A stretch of 41,023 bases of DNA from Planctomycetaceae bacterium (GCA_041745595.1 JBGTIR010000065.1:1-41023); one strand, 5' to 3'. Numbered from the stretch's first letter, positions 8,844-16,889 are shown. A program made the numbers and translations. The notes: generated from the letters alone by a model not told the origin.

Positions 8844-10838
8844 ATGACCGACGAATCCGCAGCACATCCGAAAAGCGATCAGCTTGTAGCGTTCGGACTG
8901 GGAAAACTCGATCCGGACAAGGCCACTGAGATCGCGGAACACCTGGACCAGTGTCGCGAATGTGCAGAAACCATAGTCAGTTTGCAGGACGATACGTTCA
9001 TGGGGCTGGTCCGCCAATCGCCGGCGCCACCTCTCTTCCCCGCTGGCAGCGAGGATTCGCCGCCCCCAGTCGAGCAACCAGAGCATCCTCTAGCCACGTT
9101 GGTCGTCGCTTCCGGCGAGACGGAAACAGGAAGCACGCCGGTCGAGTTGCCGCGCGAATTGCGTGAGCATCCGCGGTACGAAGTCGCGGAGTTGATCGGG
9201 CGCGGGGGAATGGGCGATGTGTATAAAGCACAGCACAAGCTGATGAATCGGCCGGTGGCGCTGAAGGTCATCAAGCCGGAACTGGTTCAGAACGAATCCG
9301 CCGTGCGCCGCTTTCACCGCGAGGTGCAAGCCGCCGCGCGGCTGCATCACGGAAACATCGTCGCCGCCTACGACGCCGAGCAGGCGGGCCATCTGCACTT
9401 CCTGGTGATGGAGTTCGTGGACGGAGTGGATCTCGACCAGGTGGTCCGGCAGCGCGGCGCGCTGCCGGTCGAACTCGCCTGCGACTACATCCGTCAGGCG
9501 GCCGCCGGTTTGCAGCACGCCCACGAGCTGGGCATGGTGCATCGCGACATTAAGCCGCACAACCTGATGGTGACCGCCTCGGGCGAGGTGAAGATTCTCG
9601 ACTTTGGGCTGGCCAGCTTCGTGAGCGAGTTGGCGACCGAGGAACTGATCGATGCGAACGATTCATCAACCCAGGAGCCGGCCGCCCCGCGCCACACGCT
9701 GGAGCAGCTGACGCAAATGGGCACGATGATGGGCACGCCCGACTACATCGCCCCGGAACAGGCCGTCAACGCACACACGGCCGACATTCGCGCCGACATC
9801 TACAGCTTGGGATGCGCGTTCTACACGCTGCTTGCCGGTCGCTCACCGTTCGGACAGGGATCGGTGCTCGATAAGATCAAGGCTCACGCCGAGCAAACCG
9901 CACCGCCACTCGCTGACTTTCGCAACGATGTGCCGGCCGAGGTCGAAGCCATATTACGGAAGATGATCGCCAAGGATCCGGCCGAGCGATTTCAAACTCC
10001 GGCAGAGGTTGTGGCCGCTTTGGCAGCCTGTCGCTCGGTCACGCCGAAGGATTCCGCAATGAGTGGCGGGGGGCGGCGTCCCAGGCGGCTCGTCGGGATG
10101 GCCGGCATGTTCCTGGCCGCAGTCGCTGCGGCCATCATTTTCTACATCCAAACGAACAACGGCGTCGTACGGATCGAAGTCGTTGACGAAAGCCTGCAGG
10201 TGACGCTCAACGGACGGACGATCACGATGAAAGACGGCGACACGCCGCTGACGATCCGCGCCGGCGCTCCCAAGCTCCTCGTCCGCCGCGGCGACTTCTC
10301 CTTTGAGACGGAGAGTTTTCAACTCCGCCGCGGCGACACCATCGCGCTCAGGGTGGAGCTGCTGCCCGGCGAAATCGTCGTGCAGAAAGATGGCCAGCGT
10401 TTCGGGGCGAAGCCGCTCCCCGACGAACAACGCCTTATCCCTTCCATCGCAGATAGCGGGCCGAGCGCCCTAGGGCTGCTATTGCGGGACCGGTCGCGGA
10501 ACCTCCGCCAGATTGGCGGCGCACTCCTCGAATATCAAAAGGCGCACGGCAGTTTCCCTCCTGCTGCAAATTCGCCGGAGGCCTTCGACCCCAATGGCCG
10601 CCCGCACCTGAGCTGGCGGGTCCACCTGCTGCCGTTCCTGGGGCAGCAAAAACTCTACGAAAAGTTCCGCCTCGACCAGCCGTGGGACAGCGAGCACAAT
10701 AAGCCGCTGCTCGCCGAGATGCCCGCCGTTTATGGGCCTGGGCCCGACCCCGCGCGAACGCAGCTCCTCGCCGTCGTCGGCCAGGGTACCGCCTATGAAG
10801 GGCAGGCCGGACTAAAGCTGAGCGACTTACACGACTGA
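8844..10838 (+). CDS. Ser/Thr protein kinase with N-terminal anti-sigma-like zinc finger, one TM helix and a C-terminal DUF1559 (H-X9-DG pilin-like) N-half; ends at an in-frame TGA
   Basis: H-x3-C-x2-C motif (HLDQCRECAE). Hanks kinase motifs: GRGGMGDVYKA, HRDIKPHNLMV, DFGLA, GTPDYIAPE. TM helix LVGMAGMFLAAVAAAIIFYI. DUF1559-like segment LRQIGGALLEYQKAHGSFPP...SWRVHLLPFLGQQKLYEKFRLDQPWDSEHN. The TGA stop falls where the Gly of the DUF1559 DGTSNT motif is expected. Confidence 0.8.
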   Translation: MTDESAAHPKSDQLVAFGLGKLDPDKATEIAEHLDQCRECAETIVSLQDDTFMGLVRQSPAPPLFPAGSEDSPPPVEQPEHPLATLVVASGETETGSTPVELPRELREHPRYEVAELIGRGGMGDVYKAQHKLMNRPVALKVIKPELVQNESAVRRFHREVQAAARLHHGNIVAAYDAEQAGHLHFLVMEFVDGVDLDQVVRQRGALPVELACDYIRQAAAGLQHAHELGMVHRDIKPHNLMVTASGEVKILDFGLASFVSELATEELIDANDSSTQEPAAPRHTLEQLTQMGTMMGTPDYIAPEQAVNAHTADIRADIYSLGCAFYTLLAGRSPFGQGSVLDKIKAHAEQTAPPLADFRNDVPAEVEAILRKMIAKDPAERFQTPAEVVAALAACRSVTPKDSAMSGGGRRPRRLVGMAGMFLAAVAAAIIFYIQTNNGVVRIEVVDESLQVTLNGRTITMKDGDTPLTIRAGAPKLLVRRGDFSFETESFQLRRGDTIALRVELLPGEIVVQKDGQRFGAKPLPDEQRLIPSIADSGPSALGLLLRDRSRNLRQIGGALLEYQKAHGSFPPAANSPEAFDPNGRPHLSWRVHLLPFLGQQKLYEKFRLDQPWDSEHNKPLLAEMPAVYGPGPDPARTQLLAVVGQGTAYEGQAGLKLSDLHD

Positions 10839-10883
10839 ACCTCCTTCACGGCCTATGTCGTCGATGCCGGGCGCGAGAAAGCC

Positions 10884-13412
10884 GTGCCGTGGACGAAGCC
10901 TGAGGATCTCCCCTTCGAAGCCGAGGACCCGATCCGGGCGTTCGGCAAGTCGGACTTCGGCGACGAGTTCATCGCGCTCTTGGCCGACGATTCCCTGAAG
11001 GCCGTCCCGTACGACACCGCCCCCGAATCGCTGCGGGCCTTGTTCACTCGCGCGGCGGGGGACAAGTTCGATGAGTTGGCGAAACGGACGACGCCGCTCC
11101 CCACCCCGGCAAGTTCTCAGCCCGCGCCGTTGACGATCGGCATGAATGACGAATTCGGAATGCTTTTCGAAGGACGCCTTGTGGCGCCGGCCGAACTGTC
11201 CCGCCGGCTTATGGAAGCCTTAAAGGAGAATCCCGATCGCGAGGTGGTCATCGACTTGCCCAAGAGACCATGGACCGTCGCCGGGCACGTCGATCAGCTC
11301 GAGCAAATTGCCCGCATCACGGGGGCCAGGTGGATCACCCGGCCAGCGTGGTCCCAGATTCGCATCGTCTTCGGGGTCGAGAACTCCGGCCAGCAGACGC
11401 TCGACATCCAGGCGCCGGGCTACAGCGTCTCCGGGTTCGTGAAGGATCAGCTTCCCAACGTGCGGGAGGCCATTACGAAGAACAAGAACTTACCGGTGCA
11501 GATCGAGGTCGCGGAACACATCAGGTTTTCCGATCCGAAAATCGCCGAGGGGATCGAGGAAATCCGCCGCGTTGCCGAGGCGGCCGGGGCGGACGTGCGT
11601 GTCCTACGGACGCGACGGGCGACGGACGACAAGCCGGCGTTGCCGCGGGACGCTCTGGCCGTCTACACCTTCGAGGAAGACACGTTCTTCCGCACAGAGG
11701 GTCGGTCGCGGGTGCGCGATGTCTCTGGCAACGGTCACGACGCATCCCTCGAGGACGACCAGTTCGTTCATTCCCCCGACGGCAAGGTCGGCGGAGCCCT
11801 GCGCTGTAATCGCAAAGTTCTCACACTGCCTCTGCCGAAACTTCGTATCCCGGTGGCGCTGCTCGCGGGTCGCGACGAATACACGATGGCGCTGTGGGTC
11901 CGCGACTCCGGCAAGGCAACCGTTCCCAGCGGCAAGTCGGTCCGCACGGTTTATCAGGAAGGATTCCCGCAGGGCGCGAACGCCGCGTATCCTCTGTCGG
12001 TGAACTTCGTCGACCAGCGAATGCGAATCTTTTCTCTCAACGAACTTGTCGAGCAGAATCCCCCTGGGGGCGAGGTGGCCATCAACGGCGAGGTGTTCAC
12101 CGACGAAGACACGATCCCAAAGGATGAGTGGTTCTTCCTGGCTTTGACGCTGGTCAAGAAGGGGGACGCGCACGTGCTGCGCGTGACCATCGACGACCGA
12201 ACCACCGAGCATCCCTTCATCCCGATGCCTGGGCTTGAAAACGGCTTCGGCCTGCTCGGCGGCATCGACGGCATGATCGACGAAGTCGCCTTCTTCGGCC
12301 GGGCCTTCACGGAGCGGGAAATCGAGACGCTGCGGCAACACGGTTTGTGGAGAATTCGGCCGCCGGACAGCGCACAGCCTCGACATGATGACCAATCGAT
12401 CATGGAGATCCCTGGCCTCAAGGGGCAGGCGGGCTCGATCGAGCGACTGGCACCGGCCCGCAAACTCGAGGGACACACCGGGCCGGTAAAAGATGTCGCC
12501 TATTCGCCGAACGGCAAATGGATTGCCAGTGCCAGTGGGTGGCCGAAAGGCGACCAGACGCTGAGGATTTGGGACGGCAGCACAGGCCAGCCGGTACATC
12601 GCCTCGAGGGACACACCGACAATGTGACGTGCGTGGCATTTTCCCCCGACAGCCGGTATGTCGCCTCGGGATCCGCCAACAAGGACAAGTCGATACGGCT
12701 TTGGGACGTGGTGCAGGGACGGGAGGTCCGCGTCTTCCCAGGGCCTGCGTACGTGGACGATTTGGAAATCTCCGGCGATGGTGAAATCGTCGTCGCCCTC
12801 TTTGCTCATGAACTCGTCGTGTGGGATCTTCACGCCGGGGAGGAACGGCTGCGGATCGCGTTGGGGGAAACGAAGAACCGCGGAATGGCGCTGCTTTCCG
12901 GACAGCGGGCCCTAACCGGGGACGACAAAGGGAAGGTAGCGATCTGGGATCTGAAGGATGGCCGGAAAGTGGGGACGTTTGATTCCTATCCGGGTTTCGT
13001 CGACGAATTCGCCGTCTCGCCCGATGGCAAAACGGCGCTCGTCGTGGGGACCGGAATCGGCATGCTGTACTGGGAGATCGACACTGGCCGAGTGCTCCGC
13101 CGTTTCCCGGAGGCGACGTTTGGCAAGGATGTCGGGTTTTCACCGGATGGTCGTTTTGCCGCCGTCGCCCGCATCGGGTCGTTGCAGCTATTTGAACTTG
13201 AAACTGGCAAAATGTGGCTAGCTCCCGAAGACTTTGTGGGGGGCGGTTACGGATTTTGGTCGGTCGCCTTTTCTACGGATGGTCGTTCGCTCGTGGCGGG
13301 CGGCGGTTATGGGTCCAACTCCGCGGACGGCAAGGCGCTGCAAGGCGACTATGCCCTCCGCCTCTGGCAATTGCCGGAAAGCGTCTGGCCGACATCCCCG
13401 CCGCCAGAGTAG
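10884..13412 (+). CDS. DUF1559 C-half + unknown middle region + 7-bladed WD40 repeat protein (same frame as upstream kinase ORF; GTG start at 10884 if independent)
   Basis: Begins ..AVPWTKPEDLPF and FGDEFIALLADDSLKAVPYDTAPESLRALFTRAAGDKFDE, the C-terminal consensus of DUF1559. C-terminal WD40 repeats (GHTGPVKDVAYSPNGKWIASAS..., LEGHTDNVTCVAFSPDSRYVASGS..., IRLWD). Both ORF starts (8844 and 10884) are divisible by 3, so it is in the same frame as 8844-10838. Confidence 0.7.
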   Translation: MPWTKPEDLPFEAEDPIRAFGKSDFGDEFIALLADDSLKAVPYDTAPESLRALFTRAAGDKFDELAKRTTPLPTPASSQPAPLTIGMNDEFGMLFEGRLVAPAELSRRLMEALKENPDREVVIDLPKRPWTVAGHVDQLEQIARITGARWITRPAWSQIRIVFGVENSGQQTLDIQAPGYSVSGFVKDQLPNVREAITKNKNLPVQIEVAEHIRFSDPKIAEGIEEIRRVAEAAGADVRVLRTRRATDDKPALPRDALAVYTFEEDTFFRTEGRSRVRDVSGNGHDASLEDDQFVHSPDGKVGGALRCNRKVLTLPLPKLRIPVALLAGRDEYTMALWVRDSGKATVPSGKSVRTVYQEGFPQGANAAYPLSVNFVDQRMRIFSLNELVEQNPPGGEVAINGEVFTDEDTIPKDEWFFLALTLVKKGDAHVLRVTIDDRTTEHPFIPMPGLENGFGLLGGIDGMIDEVAFFGRAFTEREIETLRQHGLWRIRPPDSAQPRHDDQSIMEIPGLKGQAGSIERLAPARKLEGHTGPVKDVAYSPNGKWIASASGWPKGDQTLRIWDGSTGQPVHRLEGHTDNVTCVAFSPDSRYVASGSANKDKSIRLWDVVQGREVRVFPGPAYVDDLEISGDGEIVVALFAHELVVWDLHAGEERLRIALGETKNRGMALLSGQRALTGDDKGKVAIWDLKDGRKVGTFDSYPGFVDEFAVSPDGKTALVVGTGIGMLYWEIDTGRVLRRFPEATFGKDVGFSPDGRFAAVARIGSLQLFELETGKMWLAPEDFVGGGYGFWSVAFSTDGRSLVAGGGYGSNSADGKALQGDYALRLWQLPESVWPTSPPPE

Positions 13413-13479
13413 ATTAACCTCCTCCGAGAATTGCCAGGCTCGAAAGAGTGGATCACCGCCGTGGCCTAGACTGACCGAC

Positions 13480-14577
13480 ATGAAACGACGGGAATTCCTC
13501 CAGGGCGGATTAGCACTGACGCTCGGCAAATCGCTGCTGGCGGCACTGCCCGAGGAGCGTCTCGACAAAGCCGCGGCGGTTCTAGCCGAAGCCGTCCAGA
13601 GTGGGCAAGTCGCCTCGGCCGCGCTGACCGTGGTGCAGCAGGACGTCTCGTTCTCGCGTCATTTCGGAAAGGCTGCTTCCGACGACGCGATGTTTCTGCT
13701 CGGATCGATTTCGAAACCGATCTGCATCACGGCGTTGATGACGCTCTTCGATCGTGGTGAATTTCGACTCGACGATCGCTTGACCAGGTTTCTGCCGAAA
13801 TTTACCGGTGATGGACGAGACCGGGTCACGCTGCGACACTTGCTGACGCATGTCTCCGGGCTGCCGGATCAGTTGCCGGAGAACGAAACGCTGCGAAAAC
13901 GACACGCGGGTCTCGAAGAGTTCGTCGCCGGAGCCGTGCGCACGCCCCTGCACTTTGCGCCCGGTGCTCGATATCAATACTCCAGCATGGGAATCCTGCT
14001 GGCCACGCACGTCGCTGAATTGATCGGCGGAGTCGAGATTCGCGAATTCGTGGAGAAAGCCGTCTTTCAGCCGCTCAAGATGCGGCACTCGGCGCAGGGG
14101 CTGGGACGGTTTCAACTGGTTGATCTGGTGGCTTGTCAAACCGAACGGGCCGCACCCGAATCGGGAGCCGGCGACCCGACGGCGAAGGACTGGGACTGGA
14201 ACAGCGCCTACTGGCGCGGGCTCGGAGCTCCCTGGGGCGGCACGCATTGCTCCGCGCCGGACGTCGCGCGATTCCTGGCGGAATTCCTGCAGCAACGGGG
14301 CGACGTCGTCAAACCGGCAACCGCCAGGTTGATGATCGACAACCAGAACGGCAAAGACCTCACACCGCGAGGCCTGGGCTTCAACGTCGGCGCGACGGCA
14401 GGCAGCCCGGGGTGTTCGCAGAAAACCTTCGGACATACGGGATCGACCGGAACGATCGCCTGGGCGGATCCCGCGACGGAGACGATCTGCGTGGTCTTGA
14501 CGTCGCTCCCAGGACGAGCCGTCCAGCCGCACCCCCGCGAACTGGCCTCGGCGCACGTGGCCTCGCTCGAACGTTGA
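13480..14577 (+). CDS. serine hydrolase, beta-lactamase/transpeptidase-like family (Tat-secreted)
   Basis: Tat signal MKRREFLQGGLALTL. SxxK active-site motif (GSISKP), a Y-x-S/N-like motif (YQYSS) and an HTG-type KTG-equivalent (FGHTGSTG). Length is about 365 aa from ATG 13480. Confidence 0.8.
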   Translation: MKRREFLQGGLALTLGKSLLAALPEERLDKAAAVLAEAVQSGQVASAALTVVQQDVSFSRHFGKAASDDAMFLLGSISKPICITALMTLFDRGEFRLDDRLTRFLPKFTGDGRDRVTLRHLLTHVSGLPDQLPENETLRKRHAGLEEFVAGAVRTPLHFAPGARYQYSSMGILLATHVAELIGGVEIREFVEKAVFQPLKMRHSAQGLGRFQLVDLVACQTERAAPESGAGDPTAKDWDWNSAYWRGLGAPWGGTHCSAPDVARFLAEFLQQRGDVVKPATARLMIDNQNGKDLTPRGLGFNVGATAGSPGCSQKTFGHTGSTGTIAWADPATETICVVLTSLPGRAVQPHPRELASAHVASLER

Positions 14578-15088
14578 TCGGAATGCGTGCCCCGCGGCCG
14601 TTGTCGAACAGACCGCGAGGGCGACATGCACTCCTCCGTCGATAAAGCGATGGGCGATCTTCGCACCGGTTGTGAATCTCCGCGGCGGAGGCCGACTCGG
14701 CGAAATCCGCGGGCCGAATCCCCGGGAGGTGTCGTCACCCATGGCCGGGGTTGAGGCGACTCGCGAAAAAAACTCGACCTGACGGAAATTTCCGCGAACA
14801 TTTTCGAGCCGGCGCGCATCAGTTCTATGACCGGCGATGGCGGTCATCGCCGCCCAATAATCGTGACACGGATGATTTCACTTCAGCGATCCCGAAAATC
14901 ATGACGCTCCGACGGCTCCATCTCAGTTCCAAACGAAGCGATACGGTCCGTATCGCCGCGTACCTCATACGTCTCCAGATCCGGAATTATCGATTCGGAT
15001 CGGCGGGAAGTCTGGAACGGGGCGGCGAGAACTCCCCGTATCCCCTGCGCACGTGACATCGGCCACACGCCTCCGCGAGCTTTCCAAA

Positions 15089-15121
15089 GCCCGGTGTCAC
15101 GCAAAGGACGCCGGGCTTTTT
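15089..15121 (+). terminator. possible intrinsic terminator/insulator hairpin followed by T5, 33 nt upstream of the first tRNA
   Basis: GCCCGG(15089-15094) pairs with CCGGGC(15111-15116), with an inner GTC/GAC pairing, followed by TTTTT 15117-15121. The loop is larger than in a textbook terminator. Confidence 0.3.
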
Positions 15122-15154
15122 CGTTGCGCCGCAAGCGGACGATCAAAACCCAAT

Positions 15155-15226
15155 GGGCTGGTAGCTGAGACGGTTTAGCGCCTGGCTGAAGACCAGGAGA
15201 GAAGGATTCGAGCGCCTTCCAGCCCA
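15155..15226 (+). tRNA. tRNA-Phe (anticodon GAA)
   Basis: Acceptor GGGCTGG/CCAGCCC+A. D stem GCTG/TAGC with a GG-containing loop. Anticodon stem CCTGG/CCAGG, loop CTGAAGA (identical to the E. coli Phe loop). T arm AAGGA-TTCGAGC-GCCTT has one A:G mismatch at 53:61. No encoded CCA. Confidence 0.65.
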
Positions 15227-15273
15227 CTTTCCAAACCAGTGCATGACTGGAGACAGACAGCGTGCGCACACAG

Positions 15274-15346
15274 GGCCCGTTCGACTTCTCGTGAGGTTGC
15301 CGGTCTTTCAAGCCGGCCAGGTTGGGTTCGAATCCCACACGGGTCA
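15274..15346 (+). tRNA. tRNA-Glu (anticodon TTC)
   Basis: Acceptor GGCCCGT/ACGGGTC+A (G2:U71 wobble). Glu-like 3-bp D stem GAC/GTT with a GAGG-containing loop. Anticodon stem CCGGT/GCCGG, loop CTTTCAA. T loop TTCGAAT. Confidence 0.55.
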
Positions 15347-15378
15347 ATCGCCTGTTTCGACGACGGCCATCCCGATTC

Positions 15379-15449
15379 CGCTTGGTGGTGTAACGGAAGC
15401 ACATCGTTCTGATACGGCGAAAGCGGTGGTTCGACTCCACCCCGAGCGA
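15379..15449 (+). tRNA. tRNA-Ile (anticodon GAT)
   Basis: Acceptor CGCTTGG/CCGAGCG+A. D stem GTGT/GCAC, loop AACGGAA. Anticodon stem TCGTT/GGCGA (two G:U pairs), loop CTGATAC. T arm GGTGG-TTCGACT-CCACC. Confidence 0.6.
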
Positions 15450-15511
15450 CTGAGCACAGGAGCAACGCATGGCACAACCGCAGACGGACAAACGCAACCA
15501 CGTCCTCAATC

Positions 15512-15583
15512 GGGGTCGTGGTGTAACGGCAGCACAGCGAGCTTTTACCTCGCCCGGTGGGGGTTCGAATCCCTCCGGCCCCA
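15512..15583 (+). tRNA. tRNA-Lys (anticodon TTT)
   Basis: Acceptor GGGGTCG/CGGCCCC+A. D stem GTGT/GCAC, loop AACGGCA. Anticodon stem GCGAG/CTCGC, loop CTTTTAC. T arm GGGGG-TTCGAAT-CCCTC. Confidence 0.75.
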
Positions 15584-15596
15584 TGGCGAGACACGC

Positions 15597-15669
15597 GGGA
15601 TCCAGGTGTTAGCGGCAGCACACTCGGTTCTTACCCGAGCGGGTGATGGTTCAAGTCCATCGGATCCCA
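15597..15669 (+). tRNA. tRNA-Lys (anticodon CTT)
   Basis: Acceptor GGGATCC/GGATCCC+A. D stem GTGT/GCAC. Anticodon stem CTCGG/CCGAG, loop TTCTTAC. T arm GATGG-TTCAAGT-CCATC. Only 13 nt after the previous tRNA. Confidence 0.75.
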
Positions 15670-15680
15670 CTCAATGTCAA

Positions 15681-15752
15681 GCACTGGTCGTTTCGCGGCC
15701 AAGACTCCGCACCCGTAATGCGGCAACGTGGGTTCGAGTCCCACCCGGTGCT
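15681..15752 (+). tRNA. tRNA-Thr (anticodon CGT), non-canonical C33
   Basis: Acceptor GCACTGG/CCGGTGC+T. D stem GTTT/AGAC, loop CGCGGCCA. Anticodon stem CCGCA/TGCGG, loop CCCGTAA (C at position 33 instead of the invariant U). T arm GTGGG-TTCGAGT-CCCAC. Confidence 0.55.
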
Positions 15753-15788
15753 CTGCACTGTGTTCTTTGACAATTCGACGGATGCAGC

Positions 15789-15859
15789 GCACCCATGACG
15801 TAGCGGCAGCGTACCGTCTCGCCAGGGCGGAGGTGCGGGTTCGACTCCCGCTGGGTGTT
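15789..15859 (+). tRNA. tRNA-Gly (anticodon GCC), non-canonical C33 and G1:U72
   Basis: Acceptor GCACCCA/TGGGTGT+T. D stem ACGT/GCGT, loop AGCGGCA. Anticodon stem CCGTC/GGCGG, loop TCGCCAG. T arm GCGGG-TTCGACT-CCCGC. Confidence 0.5.
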
Positions 15860-15924
15860 CTTCGTTGCGGTCAGCGATCAGCGGTCGGGAATCTTTTCGA
15901 TGGCGGACGGCGCCGAGCAAAACT

Positions 15925-15998
15925 CAGCGTGTGGGATAGTCTGGGAATCCGCGTGCCTCGGGCGCACGAGAGCGTCGGTTCAAATCCGACCACGCTGA
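15925..15998 (+). tRNA. tRNA-Pro (anticodon CGG)
   Basis: C1:G72 first pair, as is typical for bacterial tRNA-Pro (CAGCGTG/CACGCTG+A). D stem GGAT/ATCC. Perfect anticodon stem CGTGC/GCACG, loop CTCGGGC with G37. T arm GTCGG-TTCAAAT-CCGAC. Confidence 0.75.
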
Positions 15999-16010
15999 CT
16001 GAGGATTGTT

Positions 16011-16085
16011 TGCGGCGGATCCCGTGCTGGTACGGGAGGGCGACTGTTAATCGCCTCGGCGCAGGTTCGATTCCTGCCGCCGCAG
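16011..16085 (+). tRNA. tRNA-Asn (anticodon GTT)
   Basis: U1:A72 and discriminator G, as in bacterial tRNA-Asn (TGCGGCG/CGCCGCA+G). D stem TCCC/GGGA. Anticodon stem GGCGA/TCGCC, loop CTGTTAA (identical to the E. coli Asn loop). T arm GCAGG-TTCGATT-CCTGC. Only 12 nt after tRNA-Pro. Confidence 0.75.
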
Positions 16086-16095
16086 CTTGAATCAG

Positions 16096-16178
16096 GGAAG
16101 TCATCCGGCCGGATGAGGAGCCTGTCTCGAAAACAGGTGCGGGTTACACCGTTGTGGGTTCGAGTCCCACGGCTTCCG
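16096..16178 (+). tRNA. tRNA-Ser (anticodon CGA), long variable arm
   Basis: 83 nt. Acceptor GGAAGTC/GGCTTCC+G. Anticodon stem CCTGT/ACAGG, loop CTCGAAA (matches the E. coli Ser loop). About 16-nt variable arm. T arm GTGGG-TTCGAGT-CCCAC. 10 nt after tRNA-Asn. Confidence 0.7.
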
Positions 16179-16199
16179 CTGCTTGTGAACCAGTCTCAG

Positions 16200-16270
16200 G
16201 GGCTCATGGTCCAACAGAAAGACATCGGTCCTGCAAACCGAGGATTCGGGTGCGAGTCCCGATGAGTCCA
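16200..16270 (+). tRNA. tRNA-Ala (anticodon TGC), non-canonical (C33, T-loop TGCGAGT, no GG in D-loop) but with the G3:U70 Ala identity pair
   Basis: Acceptor GGGCTCA/TGAGTCC+A gives G3:U70. Anticodon stem TCGGT/ACCGA, loop CCTGCAA. T arm TCGGG-TGCGAGT-CCCGA. The D arm is short (GTC/GAC) and lacks G18G19. Confidence 0.5.
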
Positions 16271-16285
16271 CTTTCGATGCGAGTC

Positions 16286-16358
16286 GGTCCTGTCGCCCAG
16301 CGGCCAAGGCAGCTTCCTTACAAGAAGCAGATCGGTGGTTCGAGTCCACCCAGGACCA
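16286..16358 (+). tRNA. tRNA-Val (anticodon TAC)
   Basis: Acceptor GGTCCTG/CAGGACC+A. D loop AGCGGCCAA. Anticodon stem GCTTC/GAAGC, loop CTTACAA. T arm GGTGG-TTCGAGT-CCACC. Confidence 0.75.
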
Positions 16359-16444
16359 TTGCGGAATCGACTGTCTGTGTTCGTGATCGGAGACGAGGTT
16401 GAGAACGGATTCACGACGAACAATGGACGACTGACGAAGAACTC

Positions 16445-16519
16445 GTCCTCGCGGAGCAGTCCGGAGTGCTCGCCACCCTGTCACGGTGGAGATCGGGGGT
16501 TCAAATCCCCTCGGGGACG
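16445..16519 (+). tRNA. tRNA-Asp (anticodon GTC)
   Basis: Acceptor GTCCTCG/CGGGGAC+G. Perfect D stem GAGC/GCTC. Anticodon stem CCACC/GGTGG, loop CTGTCAC (identical to the E. coli Asp loop). T arm GGGGG-TTCAAAT-CCCCT. Confidence 0.7.
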
Positions 16520-16620
16520 CTTTTCACAACACGACCCGGTGCGAAATCCGCATAGGCAGCAAACACGCGGGCTGTCGTGATCGGGAAACTCGACCCTCGC
16601 TTGAGTCACTGACAACAGAC

Positions 16621-16702
16621 GCGTCGGCTGGGCATTGGCGAGCCCTCGGGGCCGTAACCCCCGCGCCGCGAGGCTGTGCAGGTTCAACTCCTGCTCGACG
16701 CA
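16621..16702 (+). tRNA. tRNA-Tyr (anticodon GTA), long variable arm, C33
   Basis: 82 nt. Acceptor GCGTCGG/TCGACGC+A. D stem GGGC/GCCC. Anticodon stem CGGGG/CCCCG, loop CCGTAAC. 14-nt variable arm with a GCC/GGC stem. T arm GCAGG-TTCAACT-CCTGC. Confidence 0.6.
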
Positions 16703-16784
16703 CTGGCAAGAGAAAGGCACGTCGCCCACGATCGGAGCTGACTTTCTGACGACGGACGATGTTTCACTTTCTCGCCACAGACGA

Positions 16785-16869
16785 GGCCAAGTGGTGCAAC
16801 CGGTAGACACGCGACGCTCAGAACGTCGTGCCCCTTGCGGGCTTGGGAGTTCGACTCTCCCCTTGGTCA
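16785..16869 (+). tRNA. tRNA-Leu (anticodon CAG), long variable arm
   Basis: 85 nt. Acceptor GGCCAAG/CTTGGTC+A. 3-bp D stem GTG/CAC. Anticodon stem CGACG/CGTCG, loop CTCAGAA. Variable arm with a GCCC/GGGC stem. T arm GGGAG-TTCGACT-CTCCC. Confidence 0.7.
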
Positions 16870-16889
16870 TTTGCCGATTGGAATTTCGA

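Larger units (their letters stand above)
8844..13412 (+). pseudogene. single ECF-linked giant Ser/Thr kinase-DUF1559-WD40 gene interrupted by one in-frame TGA at 10836-10838 (candidate nonsense pseudogene, sequencing error or read-through site)
   Basis: Continuous frame-0 translation across the stop reads LSDLHD*TSFTAYVVDAGREKAVPWTKPEDL. The stop replaces the Gly of the conserved DUF1559 DGTSNT motif (GGA to TGA is a single substitution), and one domain is split across the two ORFs. Confidence 0.45.

Noticed and set aside
10836-10838. TGA as a selenocysteine codon
   Set aside because: The aligned consensus residue is Gly, not Cys/Sec. I see no SECIS-like hairpin directly downstream, and nothing else in the window points to Sec usage.
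13234-13479. Upstream extension of the serine-hydrolase ORF (ORF-track start 13234)
   Set aside because: The extension is Arg/Ala-rich with no signal-peptide logic. The Tat motif MKRREFLQ at 13480 is the natural start.
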